A DNA stretch of 64,000 bases. Origin: Pocillopora damicornis (lineage: Eukaryota). Below, piece by piece: positions 37,362-47,941 of this stretch. The notes beneath the pieces were generated by a model. The model saw only the letters and a program-made list of their open reading frames with translations, was not told the DNA's origin and made no database searches. The translations under genes and the position numbers were made by a program. The stretch spans positions 434,001-498,000 of the forward strand of contig NW_020846801.1 in NCBI RefSeq assembly GCF_003704095.1. Reading direction: 5' to 3'. The first letter of the stretch is position 1; the number at the start of each line of letters is the position of its first letter.

Positions 37362-38267
37362 ATGGCGCACACAGAACGGCAAGAAAGTCAATCTAGACGA
37401 GTGGTGCGAACTTCCATGGTCTCGACCACAACTAGAACAACTTCTGTACGACGTGTGAGCAGTGAACGCAGAGAGGTCAAAATGGAAATTAAAGGCTCGC
37501 CTTTTCCGGCACAAGAAGTTAATTTGTTTACTCGACATGTCTTTGACTCCAGCACGGAATCTAAGCGTTGGCAAAGTGGCAGCAACAATAGCATCGACTT
37601 CAACTCTTTTGATCGGCGATCACTCCCATTCAACACCTCTGGAGTCGGCAGAACGCAAACTGAAGCCCGAGGTGTGACTGAAAATGGTTCAAAGTCTTCC
37701 GGTAGTGACTACGAACCCCCTATGGAGGCAGTCGTCAAAGAAAAATCTGACATTCAGACACCGGAGTGGATGGCAGAGAAGCAATCACCCGAGCCAAAGC
37801 GTAAGATCTATGACACCGCACTAATCGATCTTTTGTTGAAATATCCGTTGGATAATTCTCCTAAGGCAAGCATTCTGGACCCGAAGAAGACAAAATACGA
37901 GAGTCGAATCCGCCCTGAAGTCGCCAAACGAGAGAAAGCAGGTATTCCTATTCTAAGCCTTGATGATTTTGACAAAAAAGATGACAATAATGACGATGAT
38001 GATTACGACGAATTCGAGGAGGTGATTGTGGTTATGGATGTGCAAAGAAAACCGATATGGCGAAAGGGATTGGAAAAACCGAAACCACAGCCTTTTAAAG
38101 TCGGGACTCGCGTCGAGGATCTTCTTCAGCTCCCCGCTGCCAAGCCAAAAGTGAAGTCATACAACGACACTGACAAGTCGTCTGTTGATGAGAAAATTGA
38201 GAGTGTGGAACGCCCGCCAGTGGTTCATGAGGGACTGGACCTGGAAGGTATCCTCGAGAACCTGTGA
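37362..38267 (+). CDS. Uncharacterised protein (~301 aa from the first ATG); paralog of the 30.1-33.2 kb gene
   Basis: Long ORF whose C-terminal ~180 aa align collinearly with the minus-strand gene (PEWM, L.YP.D, ES.I.P.V.KR.K..I.ILSL.D, YDEFEE.IVV..V.RKP...GLE, KVG..VEDLL..P, EK.E.VER.PV). The start could instead be spliced in at the CAG at 37334. Confidence 0.8.
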   Translation: MAHTERQESQSRRVVRTSMVSTTTRTTSVRRVSSERREVKMEIKGSPFPAQEVNLFTRHVFDSSTESKRWQSGSNNSIDFNSFDRRSLPFNTSGVGRTQTEARGVTENGSKSSGSDYEPPMEAVVKEKSDIQTPEWMAEKQSPEPKRKIYDTALIDLLLKYPLDNSPKASILDPKKTKYESRIRPEVAKREKAGIPILSLDDFDKKDDNNDDDDYDEFEEVIVVMDVQRKPIWRKGLEKPKPQPFKVGTRVEDLLQLPAAKPKVKSYNDTDKSSVDEKIESVERPPVVHEGLDLEGILENL

Positions 38268-38942
38268 CCTGTGCAAAGTGTGCTACAGTACAGTTCACGA
38301 GAGAAGAGGCATATTTTCAGATTTGAATGATTTACACTTAATTCGATTTGATGAATTAAGCAGCGGCTTTTTTCTAAAAAAAATTTCAATAAGTCCACAT
38401 GAAACAGTTTTTCGAGACTGCCATTGATTTTACTTTTTGAAGTTTCAGTGCGTCGCCTTTTTAAGTTGTCGAACCCTTAACAGAAACATTGTGTCACCTC
38501 AAAAAGAAACAGCAACAAAACATAATAATCATAGGTGAAAAATACTGAAACAGGAACCACAAACTGAAACTGAAACTAAGCTCTTTTATTTTGGTCTTTT
38601 TTCTATGTTTTTACCATTTGTTAACTGTCATTTTTCATGTTTTCATCTTTATCTTTCCTGTTACATTTTTCATTACAAATCAATATGACACAAGTAACGT
38701 TTAGTAACAGTACAGTTTCGTTATGTTATTTATTATTCAGGCAGTGCTAACTTGTCACCATACTGATGAAGTGATAAAAGTGTGAGACAAACATTCGTGC
38801 ACATCTTCCATAACTTTGAAACCATTATTTTACATTTATTTTGCGTCTAGAATTTCTTTGGGGGAATTTCTTTGTGGTGATCAGAGGTAAAATACCCAAA
38901 CCGAAAGTTAAACGAATTTCTCTCTTTAGATGACCGTTTCAT

Positions 38943-39178
38943 CAGGGAGGGCAGAGCCTATTTTCAACTGGGGGAAGCTTGAAAACGAGCGCTGGAGGCG
39001 CGAGTTTGTAGAGAGAGCTGAGGCCATCCTCCCCCAGAAAAATTTGAAATATACTCTACATAAGTACCAAGAGATTGTAGTCTCTTTTTCACTCCTTATA
39101 CAAGACAAAATAAGACGTCGTCCTCGCAAAAAGTGTCCACACCCCCCCTCCCCCATCCCCCCAGCTCCGCCGTCCCTG
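38943..39178. mobile_element. MITE with CAGGG-type terminal inverted repeats
   Basis: CAGGGAGGGCAGAGC ... GCTCCGCCGTCCCTG, 13/15 complementary; no clear TSD. Confidence 0.55.
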
Positions 39179-39594
39179 TTCGGTTCATAGAAACATCATC
39201 TAGAACCGTCCATCTTAGCAACTTTCCACCCTGATTTGGCTATTCTAGCTTCAGCACCCTGCTAATAATTGTGTAAGAAAATTAGATAAAATTCTTTTTC
39301 AAGAGTGAATGATAGTTGTGAGGTGTGGAAGGAGTTTAGGCAACCCACTGAGCGGGAGAGTGTGAAGGAGTATTTTAAAACCTTCTCATTAAAAAGAGCA
39401 GACCACAAGAACTTTCTGGAGGGTTGCAGTAATAGAAGGAACGGAAAGCAAACATAGCAGTTGGCTTGTGATGAGCTTGTATTTCTTGAAAAGTAGATCT
39501 CCTTCCGACTCGGCCCATTCTCTCTCCTCTGTTTCTCCTCTGTTTCTCACCACCATAATAACAGAGTACGACTTAGAGCATTAGCTAACCACTA

Positions 39595-39835
39595 ATCTGT
39601 TTTATGAACGAGTTAAAAATGTAAAATGGTAACCGAAGAGAATTTCTAAAGCTGTTTTTTAGCGCGTTAGCCTTTGTCAGAGCGAATGACAAAGTTAAGA
39701 CGGTGACATAACGCTCGCTTAGTCAGCTTTAGAAACTCTTTACGGTGGCCAATTTACATTATCGACTCAGGCGATAAAACTAATTACCCCCAACCGATGC
39801 AGCACCACACTTTCTTTAAAACTTACCCCTTTATT
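39595..39835. mobile_element. Inverted pair of Penelope pLTR-derived hammerhead repeats (decayed)
   Basis: Minus arm ...GCGTTAGCCTTTGTCAGAGCGA, then plus arm TAACGCTC..GTCAGCTTTAGAAACTCTTTACGGTGGCCAATTTAC...GCAGCACCAC; homologous to 11400-11555. Confidence 0.7.
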
Positions 39836-40016
39836 TATTATGACTATTGGACGGTTTGAGCTCCCACGCTTTCGTTCTCGAGTGTACGAATCAGGCTAGA
39901 GTTAAAGCACGCATATTCATTAATTTTTGTTTGTTATGACTAATTTATTGTCAAAGTTAATTCAGTAACAGCTTAAACGATTCTTACACCGCACAACCTT
40001 TAAAATATATACAAAA

Positions 40017-40664
40017 CTACAATGATTGTGTCCATGGTTTGTCATCACGCCGCTGTTTCTCGAAGGCTGCCAAAGCTCGCTTCGGTGGAACAAGTGAGTC
40101 GGTTACTCCTGATTTTCGTTTCTTCTTCGAAGGTTCCCATCTTTCTTCTCCTTCGTCTGGTTCGTATCTTGTCCCTGCAGTTGAAATAGTTCCAGCTAAA
40201 CTAGGCTCTCTGGGTTTTTCAGTTCCAGGATTAACAGATCCTGAATCGATGCCATGCAAAAACTTACAGCGGTCTCCCATTCTGCATCGTCCTTTCTGAA
40301 ACTTGAAACAAATCTTATTCGATTTTTGTTCGTCTTTTTCAGATTTTCCTTCCGAAAGTTGTACATGTTTCTCCAAAACTGATAGTTTCTTTTTCTCTTC
40401 AGCAAGAAATGGGTTAAAGAATACGGAAGAAGTCTTGTAAGCTCGCTGGTTGAGTTCCTTAGAGGCAGATCGAGATGAACAACTATCTGTACTTACATCC
40501 AACGATGGTAATGGAAGTGGTATTTGAGCTTCTCCTCCCTTATTGCCGGAATTGTTGTCATTGATACTTGTACTAGATTCGCAATCTTTACTCTCTTCCT
40601 CATCAGATCCAGAGGAACTGCTAGAATCGCTGCCATAATCCGGAACAAGTCCAAGAAGTGACAT
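40017..40664 (-). CDS. Intronless CCCH zinc-finger protein, 215 aa
   Basis: ATG start; C-x7-C-x5-C-x3-H (CFKFQKGRCRMGDRCKFLH); N-terminal LVPDYGSDS, SVFFNPF...LEKHV and a basic KKKRK. Confidence 0.85.
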   Translation of the reverse strand: MSLLGLVPDYGSDSSSSSGSDEEESKDCESSTSINDNNSGNKGGEAQIPLPLPSLDVSTDSCSSRSASKELNQRAYKTSSVFFNPFLAEEKKKLSVLEKHVQLSEGKSEKDEQKSNKICFKFQKGRCRMGDRCKFLHGIDSGSVNPGTEKPREPSLAGTISTAGTRYEPDEGEERWEPSKKKRKSGVTDSLVPPKRALAAFEKQRRDDKPWTQSL

Positions 40665-40965
40665 ACTATTAGTAGACTAATTCGTCCGCCATGTTGGATT
40701 GTGCCTTGACGAATGAGTACTGTCTGGGGTGGGCTTAAGAAAAATATGAATTGAAAGAGTTGGCTCCGATTCAAGGGATGTTTTCACACTTGGATATTTG
40801 AATTTAAAAAAAAGTACCTCATTGTATTCTATCTTTTGAGGAAAAAGAGAAATTTGATTTGTTTTGCGCCGTGATAAAAACAACTTTGAAATTATTTCAC
40901 CCTGGTCAGGCTTTGCTTAGCTCAGACCCAGTCTTCTCAGTCTGCACGTGGTGCATGTTATCAAA
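40665..40965. promoter_or_regulatory. Bidirectional promoter between the CCCH gene and SETD6
   Basis: 301 bp between divergent ATGs; CAACATGGCGG (YY1-like) at ~40696-40686; E-box CACGTG at 40945. Confidence 0.65.
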
Positions 40966-43900
40966 ATGGCAAGTGAGAACACAGAAGAAACGGACCAAAT
41001 ATTGGCTGAATTTTTGTCCTGGTGTGGGCGAAACGACCTTAAATTAAGTGAAAAGGTTGGTTAAAAAATTAAAACTGGCATTTATTGTACTAAAGTGTCC
41101 CTCCTTTGTCTAAAAAAGAGTTGGTAGATATTAACATGTTGGCCAAAATCAGCTGCTTACTCTACTGATAAAACATAAATTTTCACCAACGCATCCACGA
41201 AAAATGTTTCTTCTCATCGCATCCAAAATTGTATTGGATGAAAGGAAACAGTGCAGGGAATTAGGGCTGTTATGTCTTAATTTTTTTTGCCTCTAGGTGA
41301 AGGTTGGACTAAAGGGATCTTGTCATCGTTATGGCATGACAGCTGTGGAGAACATTGAGGAAGGGGAATCCTTGTTTCAAATTCCACGGTCACTTGTTTT
41401 GCAACCGAAGACTTCATCCATCTCCAAACTTTTTGAAGATTTATCTGATGAGGATGAGTTTGAATCAGAAAGAGGGTAAAGATAATTACATCTGATGTTA
41501 GTGGAAATCGCGTGTGTTGTTAGTGTTATTTTTTGGGGGAAGTTGGATCATTCTGTGTCTTTAGAGTCAATAGGATCTTGCTGTGCTGAAAGGAGGGAGA
41601 GAGAGAATACCAGTTAGAATAAAAATTTAAATCAGATTGTTGGTGTGACTTAGGGGTATTTTAATCGCTATGTGATAATCATTTGATGTGCAACCCCATT
41701 CTAGTAACTTCATTGAAAATGAAACTCCATTATATTCAATTCAGTTATGAAAATGCAACCCATCCAGTGGCACATACCCATTAGCCTTTAACAAGGAAGT
41801 ATCCCAAGTATCCCCTCCCCTATCTCTAAAACCTTATCTGGCAGGGGGCAAATTAGTTGTCTGTTTTAAAAATGTGGTGAAGGAGATGAATTTGGGATTA
41901 CTCAGGAAGAAATTCAAGCTATGGTCAGAGTGGGTATTGAACCCACCATATGCAGATTTCAAGGTTTACACTCTCACCACTCAGCCAGGCTGCTTCTACT
42001 GTATAATTTAGTTTTAGCACTGAGTTGATAACGCAAATTGACCAGAGTCTCAAAACTGAAGTTTTGATCATTAGCCTCTCATTAGAGTGTTTGCCCTCAT
42101 CTTTCATTCTGACAAAGGGCTAACACTCAAAACATCAGCTTTTAAACTCTTTACAGTGGCCAATTTCCTCTATCAACTCAGTTGATAATACTGAATTGCC
42201 CTGTTATACTCTCCCACTGACACAGCACCACAGTTTCTTCAGAAACTTACCCCCTTTATGCTTTTACCGTAATCACCTATTACTTGAGTTTTGGTAATAA
42301 CCCAGTAATGTTCTTTAGGTCTGGCTGGGCTCCTCTTCTCCTGACATTGATGTACGAGTACACTAATCCAACATCTCACTGGAAGCCGTATTTAAACCTG
42401 GTGCCTGAAGTAACAGTCTTAGACCAACCCATGTTTTGGAACGTAGAGGAGAGACAAAGAGAACTGAAAGGGACTGGGATTGAGGAAGATGTTGAAAATG
42501 ATGTACAGGGCATCAAGGAGGAATATATTACTACAGCTTTGCCTTTTATTAAGAAGTATCCACAGTATTTCAGGTATAGATCCTANNNNNNNNNNNNNNN
42601 NNNNNNNNNNNNNNNNNNNNNNNNNNNNNNNNNNNNNNNNNNNNNNNNNNNNNNNNNNNNNNNNNNNNNNNNNNNNNNNNNNNNNNNNNNNNNNNNNNNN
42701 NNNNNNNNNNNNNNNNNNNNNNNNNNNNNNNNNNNNNNNNNNNNNNNNNNNNNNNNNCTCTCTTTTCTTGGGCTTCATCCCACTCTCTCTCCACCAGAGA
42801 CCCTATTTGTTATTGGTCTTATGTTCAGCTCATTAGCAAAAGGGAACTTGAGGCCTTTAGACACAATAGAGGTTTTTTTTTTAAGGCAAGCATCAAGAAG
42901 ATCAAAAGATTGCTGACTATGTTGTAAAGGAGAGGGAAAGATGGTGAATTTGAGACCCTGGTACTAAATTAACCCTTTAACTCCCAGAATTGATTAACAT
43001 GTAACTTCTCCCTATTATGTCTATACATTATCCAGCAAACAGATGATGAGAATACTCAAACTGATCAGGTGGAAGTTGTTTTCTTGATCTAAGAGGGAAA
43101 TGAAATGTTTAGCAGCTACAGGGGAGTTAAGGGGTTAAAGAAAATTGTTGCAATTTAAAGTGGGCATCACTAAAGAATTAATCAATGTAAATTATTTTCT
43201 TTTTGGTTGAAGTGAGTCCTGTCACAGTCTTTCTCTGTACAAACACATGGCAGCATTTGTCATGGCCTACAGTTTCACTGAACATAAGTCAAGTCCTGAT
43301 GATGATGATGACGATGATAGTGAAGATGATGATGATGATGAAGATGAGAATAATGATGCAGCTCCTGCCATGGTGCCAATGGCAGACATACTTAATCATA
43401 TCAGTAACAATAATGCTCACTTGGAGTTTGGTACTCAAACTCTGACAATGGTGGCAACGCAAGATATTCCAAAGGTGAAATCAGTGTTGGTGAATTTAAA
43501 CTGGATTTGTCGTATACGTATGATTGAGGATAATTCATGTAATTAGGCTTAAACCCTTAAACCTTAGCATCAGTATGCATATTCTCCCTACTGTTCTCTA
43601 CACATTTCTTAAGGTGCTGACAAGGAGAATTTGTTTGATGATCACAAGTTTCTTTAGTTGGTGATCATTTCCTTTATTCTTGTGACATAGATGTTTGATT
43701 CAGGGGTGATATTGTGAGGAGAAATTAGATACTTGTCACTCTTAGGGATCAAAGGGTCAAGGTGCTGAACATTTTTATAGATCCATTTCATAAGGAAGTA
43801 CTGGTATTTCCACAGACCTGGAGTCAACCTCCCAGTCACAACCATGTCACAATTACCTTACGTTTCCTTCTGTGTTTTATTTCAGGGACAGGAAATTTTC

Positions 43901-46900
43901 AATACTTATGGTAACCTTGCCAACTGTCACCTTCTGCAGTCATATGGATTTGTGGAGGAAGAATTACCAAATCCATATGACATGGTGAGACATTCATTTA
44001 ATATCTACTATACATTGTAAGAGGAATTATTTTGTGACAAATCTGTTTTATTTACAGGTAGAGTTACCCATCAGTGCATTTATTGAGGTAATGAAGGACA
44101 ATCAGTCACAACAGGAGAAAGGAATATTTCACTCTAAGCTTGAGTTCCTAGAAGAAGCAGTAAGTAACTTAATTAGGACCTGTTTCTCATGGCAACAATA
44201 CCTTAACAATGTACACCCTAATATCAGTATGCATATTCTCCAGACTGCTCTCTATACTTTAGCTGAGGTGTTGACAAGGAGAATTTGTTTTACAATCAAG
44301 AGCTCTTTTAGTTGGTGATTATTTCGTTTATTCTTGTGAGGTAAATGTGTGATTCAGGGCTGATATTATGAGGGGAAATTAGATGCTAGTCACTCTTGGG
44401 GTTCCAATATATGGATTACCCCCCTCTGCAGAAAATACTTTCATCATCATCAGGACTTTCTGGAAAGTATTTTGTCATTTATAACTTAGCCTGCAGAACA
44501 TGTGTACTGGTAATTTTTTTGGAAATAAAACCTTAGCCACTCCTCCCCTCTTGTGTGACCAAGCATCTCATGCTTACCCTCAATTTCCCAAAAGCACAAA
44601 AAAGTTGCACCTGTTCAGCAGGTTATTACAGCTTGGTAGTGTTAGTTAATTCTATTGGTATGATATCCAGCTTGCTGTTTTGGTAGGGTGTGGCTTCCAA
44701 GGATGACTTGTTTCTTTTTGAACGTGAGGGATGTTCACACTTTGGTCCAGATTTGTATGCTACTCTGAGAGTAAGTAATGCAAATACTTAATGTGATCAG
44801 TTATCAGGACAACAGATGATTGTTCTGTATATCAGATGCTGTGACTTATCATGACTGACTTGTGCTACTTGAGTCTTGTAGCCAACAACAACACAGCTAT
44901 ACTGACCAAACAGTTTACATGAACCAGATTTATATGCTGGACTGACAACAACTCTTCACTTGACTCTGATGATGACTTCTGCTTAGGTTGTTGAAATGTC
45001 AGTCACTACTACCAACAACAGTCCTTCTCAAGACTACCCACAATAGACAATAGACTAGACAATCACACCACATGATCAGATACTCTTTTCTTGTTATGTA
45101 CAGGGCATTATTGTGACTGAATTATCTGCTATAATTTTTGTCAAATTTTGTAACATGTTTGTTTTAAGATCCTTCATCTGTCTGGAGAGAAGTTCAAACA
45201 ATTATTGGAAGAGCAAGTAAAGAAACAGAGAAGTGAAGAATTTGATGACATTGGACATGTGCTGGATCAAATTGATGATGAAACTAAAAAGGATACATGT
45301 TGGAGATTCTTGGAGCTTGTTTATAAGGCTGAATGTGACAAAGGGAAGAAGAAAAGGAAAATCAAGGAAAAGGACTTGCAACTGAAACAGAAGAAAATTA
45401 AAACTACTGGCTATGGAAATTCAGACTCCATGGAGAGTCTACTGATCAGCACTAAAGATTGTGGTAACAGACACATACAAACTAACAATGGCAGTTTGGA
45501 AAAAAACAAAATTGAAAGTGAAAATGAATTAAATCCCTGGTCCAAAGATGACGCTTGTGCTTGTGTGAAGAGAACTTCAGACCCAGGAAAATGTGATGCT
45601 GAGAGAGATGAAGCTTCAGATGTAGAAAGCACAGGGAAAAAGAAGCTATGCTGTGATGAGGATGGCAAAGCTGGTGGCAGCAGTGATATCAGTGGGGATC
45701 ACATAAGTAATGAAAATGAAACCAACAGCAGAAATGACAATTATGATGATGATGATAATGACAATGATGACAATGTCGATGACAACAGTGAGGATGATGA
45801 GGATGATGATAGTGGGGATGATAGCCAAGAAGAATCTAAACTATCTCTAAGTTATGGTAAACAACACAAGCTTTGTTAGGGCAAGTTACTTTTAGTAGGG
45901 TGTGAATCTTGAAGCCTGTGACTGACATAACAGCTAGTTAGTTCTGTATAACTTGATCCTTTAACTCCTAAGAGTGACCAGCATATAAATTCTCCCTTAA
46001 ATAAAACCCCATATTTGAACATTAAGATCACAAGAATTGAGGAAATGATCACCAACTGAAGATGCTCTTGATTGCTATACAAATTCTCCTTGTTAGCAAC
46101 TTAGGTAATGTATAGAGAACAGTAAGGAGAATGTGCATACTGATGTTAGGGTGTAAGTATTAAGCTAAGGGTGTGTGTACTCTTCCTGGATAGGATTTTA
46201 GTCCATCACAAACAACTTCTAGCATCCTGTTAACTCTTTACACCCTAACATCAGAATCTTTATTCTCCATACTGTTCTTTATCCCTTTCCTTGGGAGCTG
46301 ATAAGGAGAATTTGTTTAACAATCAAGAGCCTCATTAGGTGTTGATCATTTCTTTTATTCTCATGACATTAATGTGTGATTCAGCAGTCATACTGTAAGG
46401 AGAAATTAGATGCTAGTCACTCTCAGAGGTTAAAGGATGTAAGTTTCCTTGACACTATGCAGCACCAATTTATACTCCTGGATGGAGAGAGGCATTGAAG
46501 CTTTAAGGCATTAACCTGCCTTTTCATGCATGATATTTCTTTGTCATCAGCTCACATATGAAATATTTCTTTTTCATGGTCATGACAGAGATGATATCTC
46601 AGTGGCCATTGGAATGGAGGAGAACCCTTAAAAGGTACAGGATTTGTTTGTTATGATGAAGGGGGAATGGGGAGGATAGAGAGTGTGGCGTCGCTTTCTT
46701 TGCCAATTGACTAGTTAACCCTTTCACTTTCAAGATTTCTGCAGTAATTCTCCATGCTGCTTGCCATACATTGCTCATCATATTAGTTCTGAGAATTCAT
46801 TATTGGATCAAATGATAATTGATATTTTTATTCTCGTCACTTGCCTTCTTGATATTGTATTGATATTGTAGGGAGAAATTCTGTCTTGGTCACTCACAGG

Positions 46901-47268
46901 AGTTAAAAGTCTAACTGAGCTCACAAACCAACTTTATTTCCTGTGAGTTGTGCTTCGTCTTTGTCTAATTGTTAGACGACTGATACGTAATTTAATGTTT
47001 TTACAGGTCTTATCACTTACACCCTTTCCGTTTTCTTCTCACGCCTATAAATGTACTTTCAAAGATTTAATCTCTCTAATCATTACCGTTTGCCTATACT
47101 AGTGTTGCGGAGTTTTGTGTAAAACAAAGATACGGAGACAGCATTATGAATGAAGAAAATACAGTCGAGAACTGCAGCAGAAGACATCTGTCTGTACTCA
47201 GAATCAAGCAAGGACAGAAATCTATTTTCGGGCGCATTTGTGAACTAGCCACTGACGTTAATGCATAG
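40966..47268 (+). CDS. SETD6: N-lysine methyltransferase SETD6-like, ~656 aa
   Basis: 10 exons: 40966-41055, 41297-41475, 42319-42573, 43213-43474, 43886-43984, 44058-44159, 44687-44770, 45169-45856, 46589-46634, 47103-47268. Phases are consistent across the N-gap in intron 3. Motifs SGWAPLLL.LMYEY, S.WKPY, PMFW, AFVMAYSF, MVPMADILNH, EIFNTYG.LAN..LL..YGF, GQK.I. Confidence 0.92.
41880..41997 (-). mobile_element. tRNA-derived SINE head (decayed)
   Basis: Minus strand GGCAGCCTGGCTGAGTGGTGAGAG-like A box ... GGGTTCAATACC B box. Confidence 0.55.
42000..42260. mobile_element. Inverted pair of Penelope pLTR-derived hammerhead repeats in SETD6 intron 2 (CpG-decayed)
   Basis: Plus arm CTGACAAAGGGCTAACACTCAAAACATCAGC...CAGCACCACAGTTTCTTCAGAAACTTACCCCCTTTAT, preceded by a minus arm. 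Confidence 0.75.
42969..43138. mobile_element. piggyBac-type MITE, subfamily C (another copy at 21956-22147)
   Basis: TTAACCCTTTAACTCCC...AACATGTAACT...ATCCAGCAAAC..ATGAGAATA..CAAACT.ATCA...GGGGTTAA. Confidence 0.75.
44961..45005 (+). ncRNA. Hammerhead ribozyme-like motif on the sense strand of SETD6 intron 7
   Basis: TGACT-CTGATGA-TGAC..GTT-GAAA-T-GTC-AGTCA; perfect 5-bp stem I (TGACT/AGTCA); part of a ~44890-45070 repeat. Confidence 0.65.
46715..46914. mobile_element. piggyBac-type MITE, subfamily A
   Basis: Starts TTAACCCTTT; same core. Confidence 0.75.
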
Positions 47269-47941
47269 GAATGGTGGAGGAATATTTTGAAGATATCAAG
47301 GTATTTATCATTTGATGTGGCGATTGTTTCAAACTCGCACCTTCAAGTTCTGGTGTCGTTCACTGAAAAATGTATGAGAAGCAAGGTACACACATTTCAC
47401 AAATGGTATAAAATGAGTTTTTATTACAATCGTTTTAGCTGGTGTTTAAAAATACTTATTCTGTAGACAAACATCAATGCATGCATTGGTGTTCAAAAAT
47501 AACAAATTAATACATGCTTTATCTTGTCTCTGGAATCAGCTACTAAAGGTTTTCTGGGTTAGTTTCTACAAATCCATCCAAAGTTAATGTGATGAAAGTT
47601 GTCTGTCTTTTTCTACATCTTCATCGGACATCCTTTAGTAACTGAAAAGAAAAGAAATTTCTGTATTTAGTTTGTGTTACGAGGACCATAAAATACACCA
47701 AAGCTGAACAGGAATTTGCGTCTAGAAAGGCCACTCATCAAAATTTTTACTTAATGAGCGCTGTGTCTTTTTTTACTCGAGCATTAATGGAAATATTGTA
47801 TTCAAAACATGTTTTTTTATTCACTTCCTTTTCACGTTGCGTGACAGTCATGTGCAGTTTGTTGTCGCGTGATCTTTCGTTGGTACTTCTCACATTATTG
47901 ACACAGAACGGATTCGTGACAAAATTGTTGCTTACCGGAAA

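Noticed and set aside
42284-42916. ORFs spanning N runs (also at 60839 and 62206)
   Set aside because: Artefacts of translating through assembly gaps; only 42319-42573 is a real exon.
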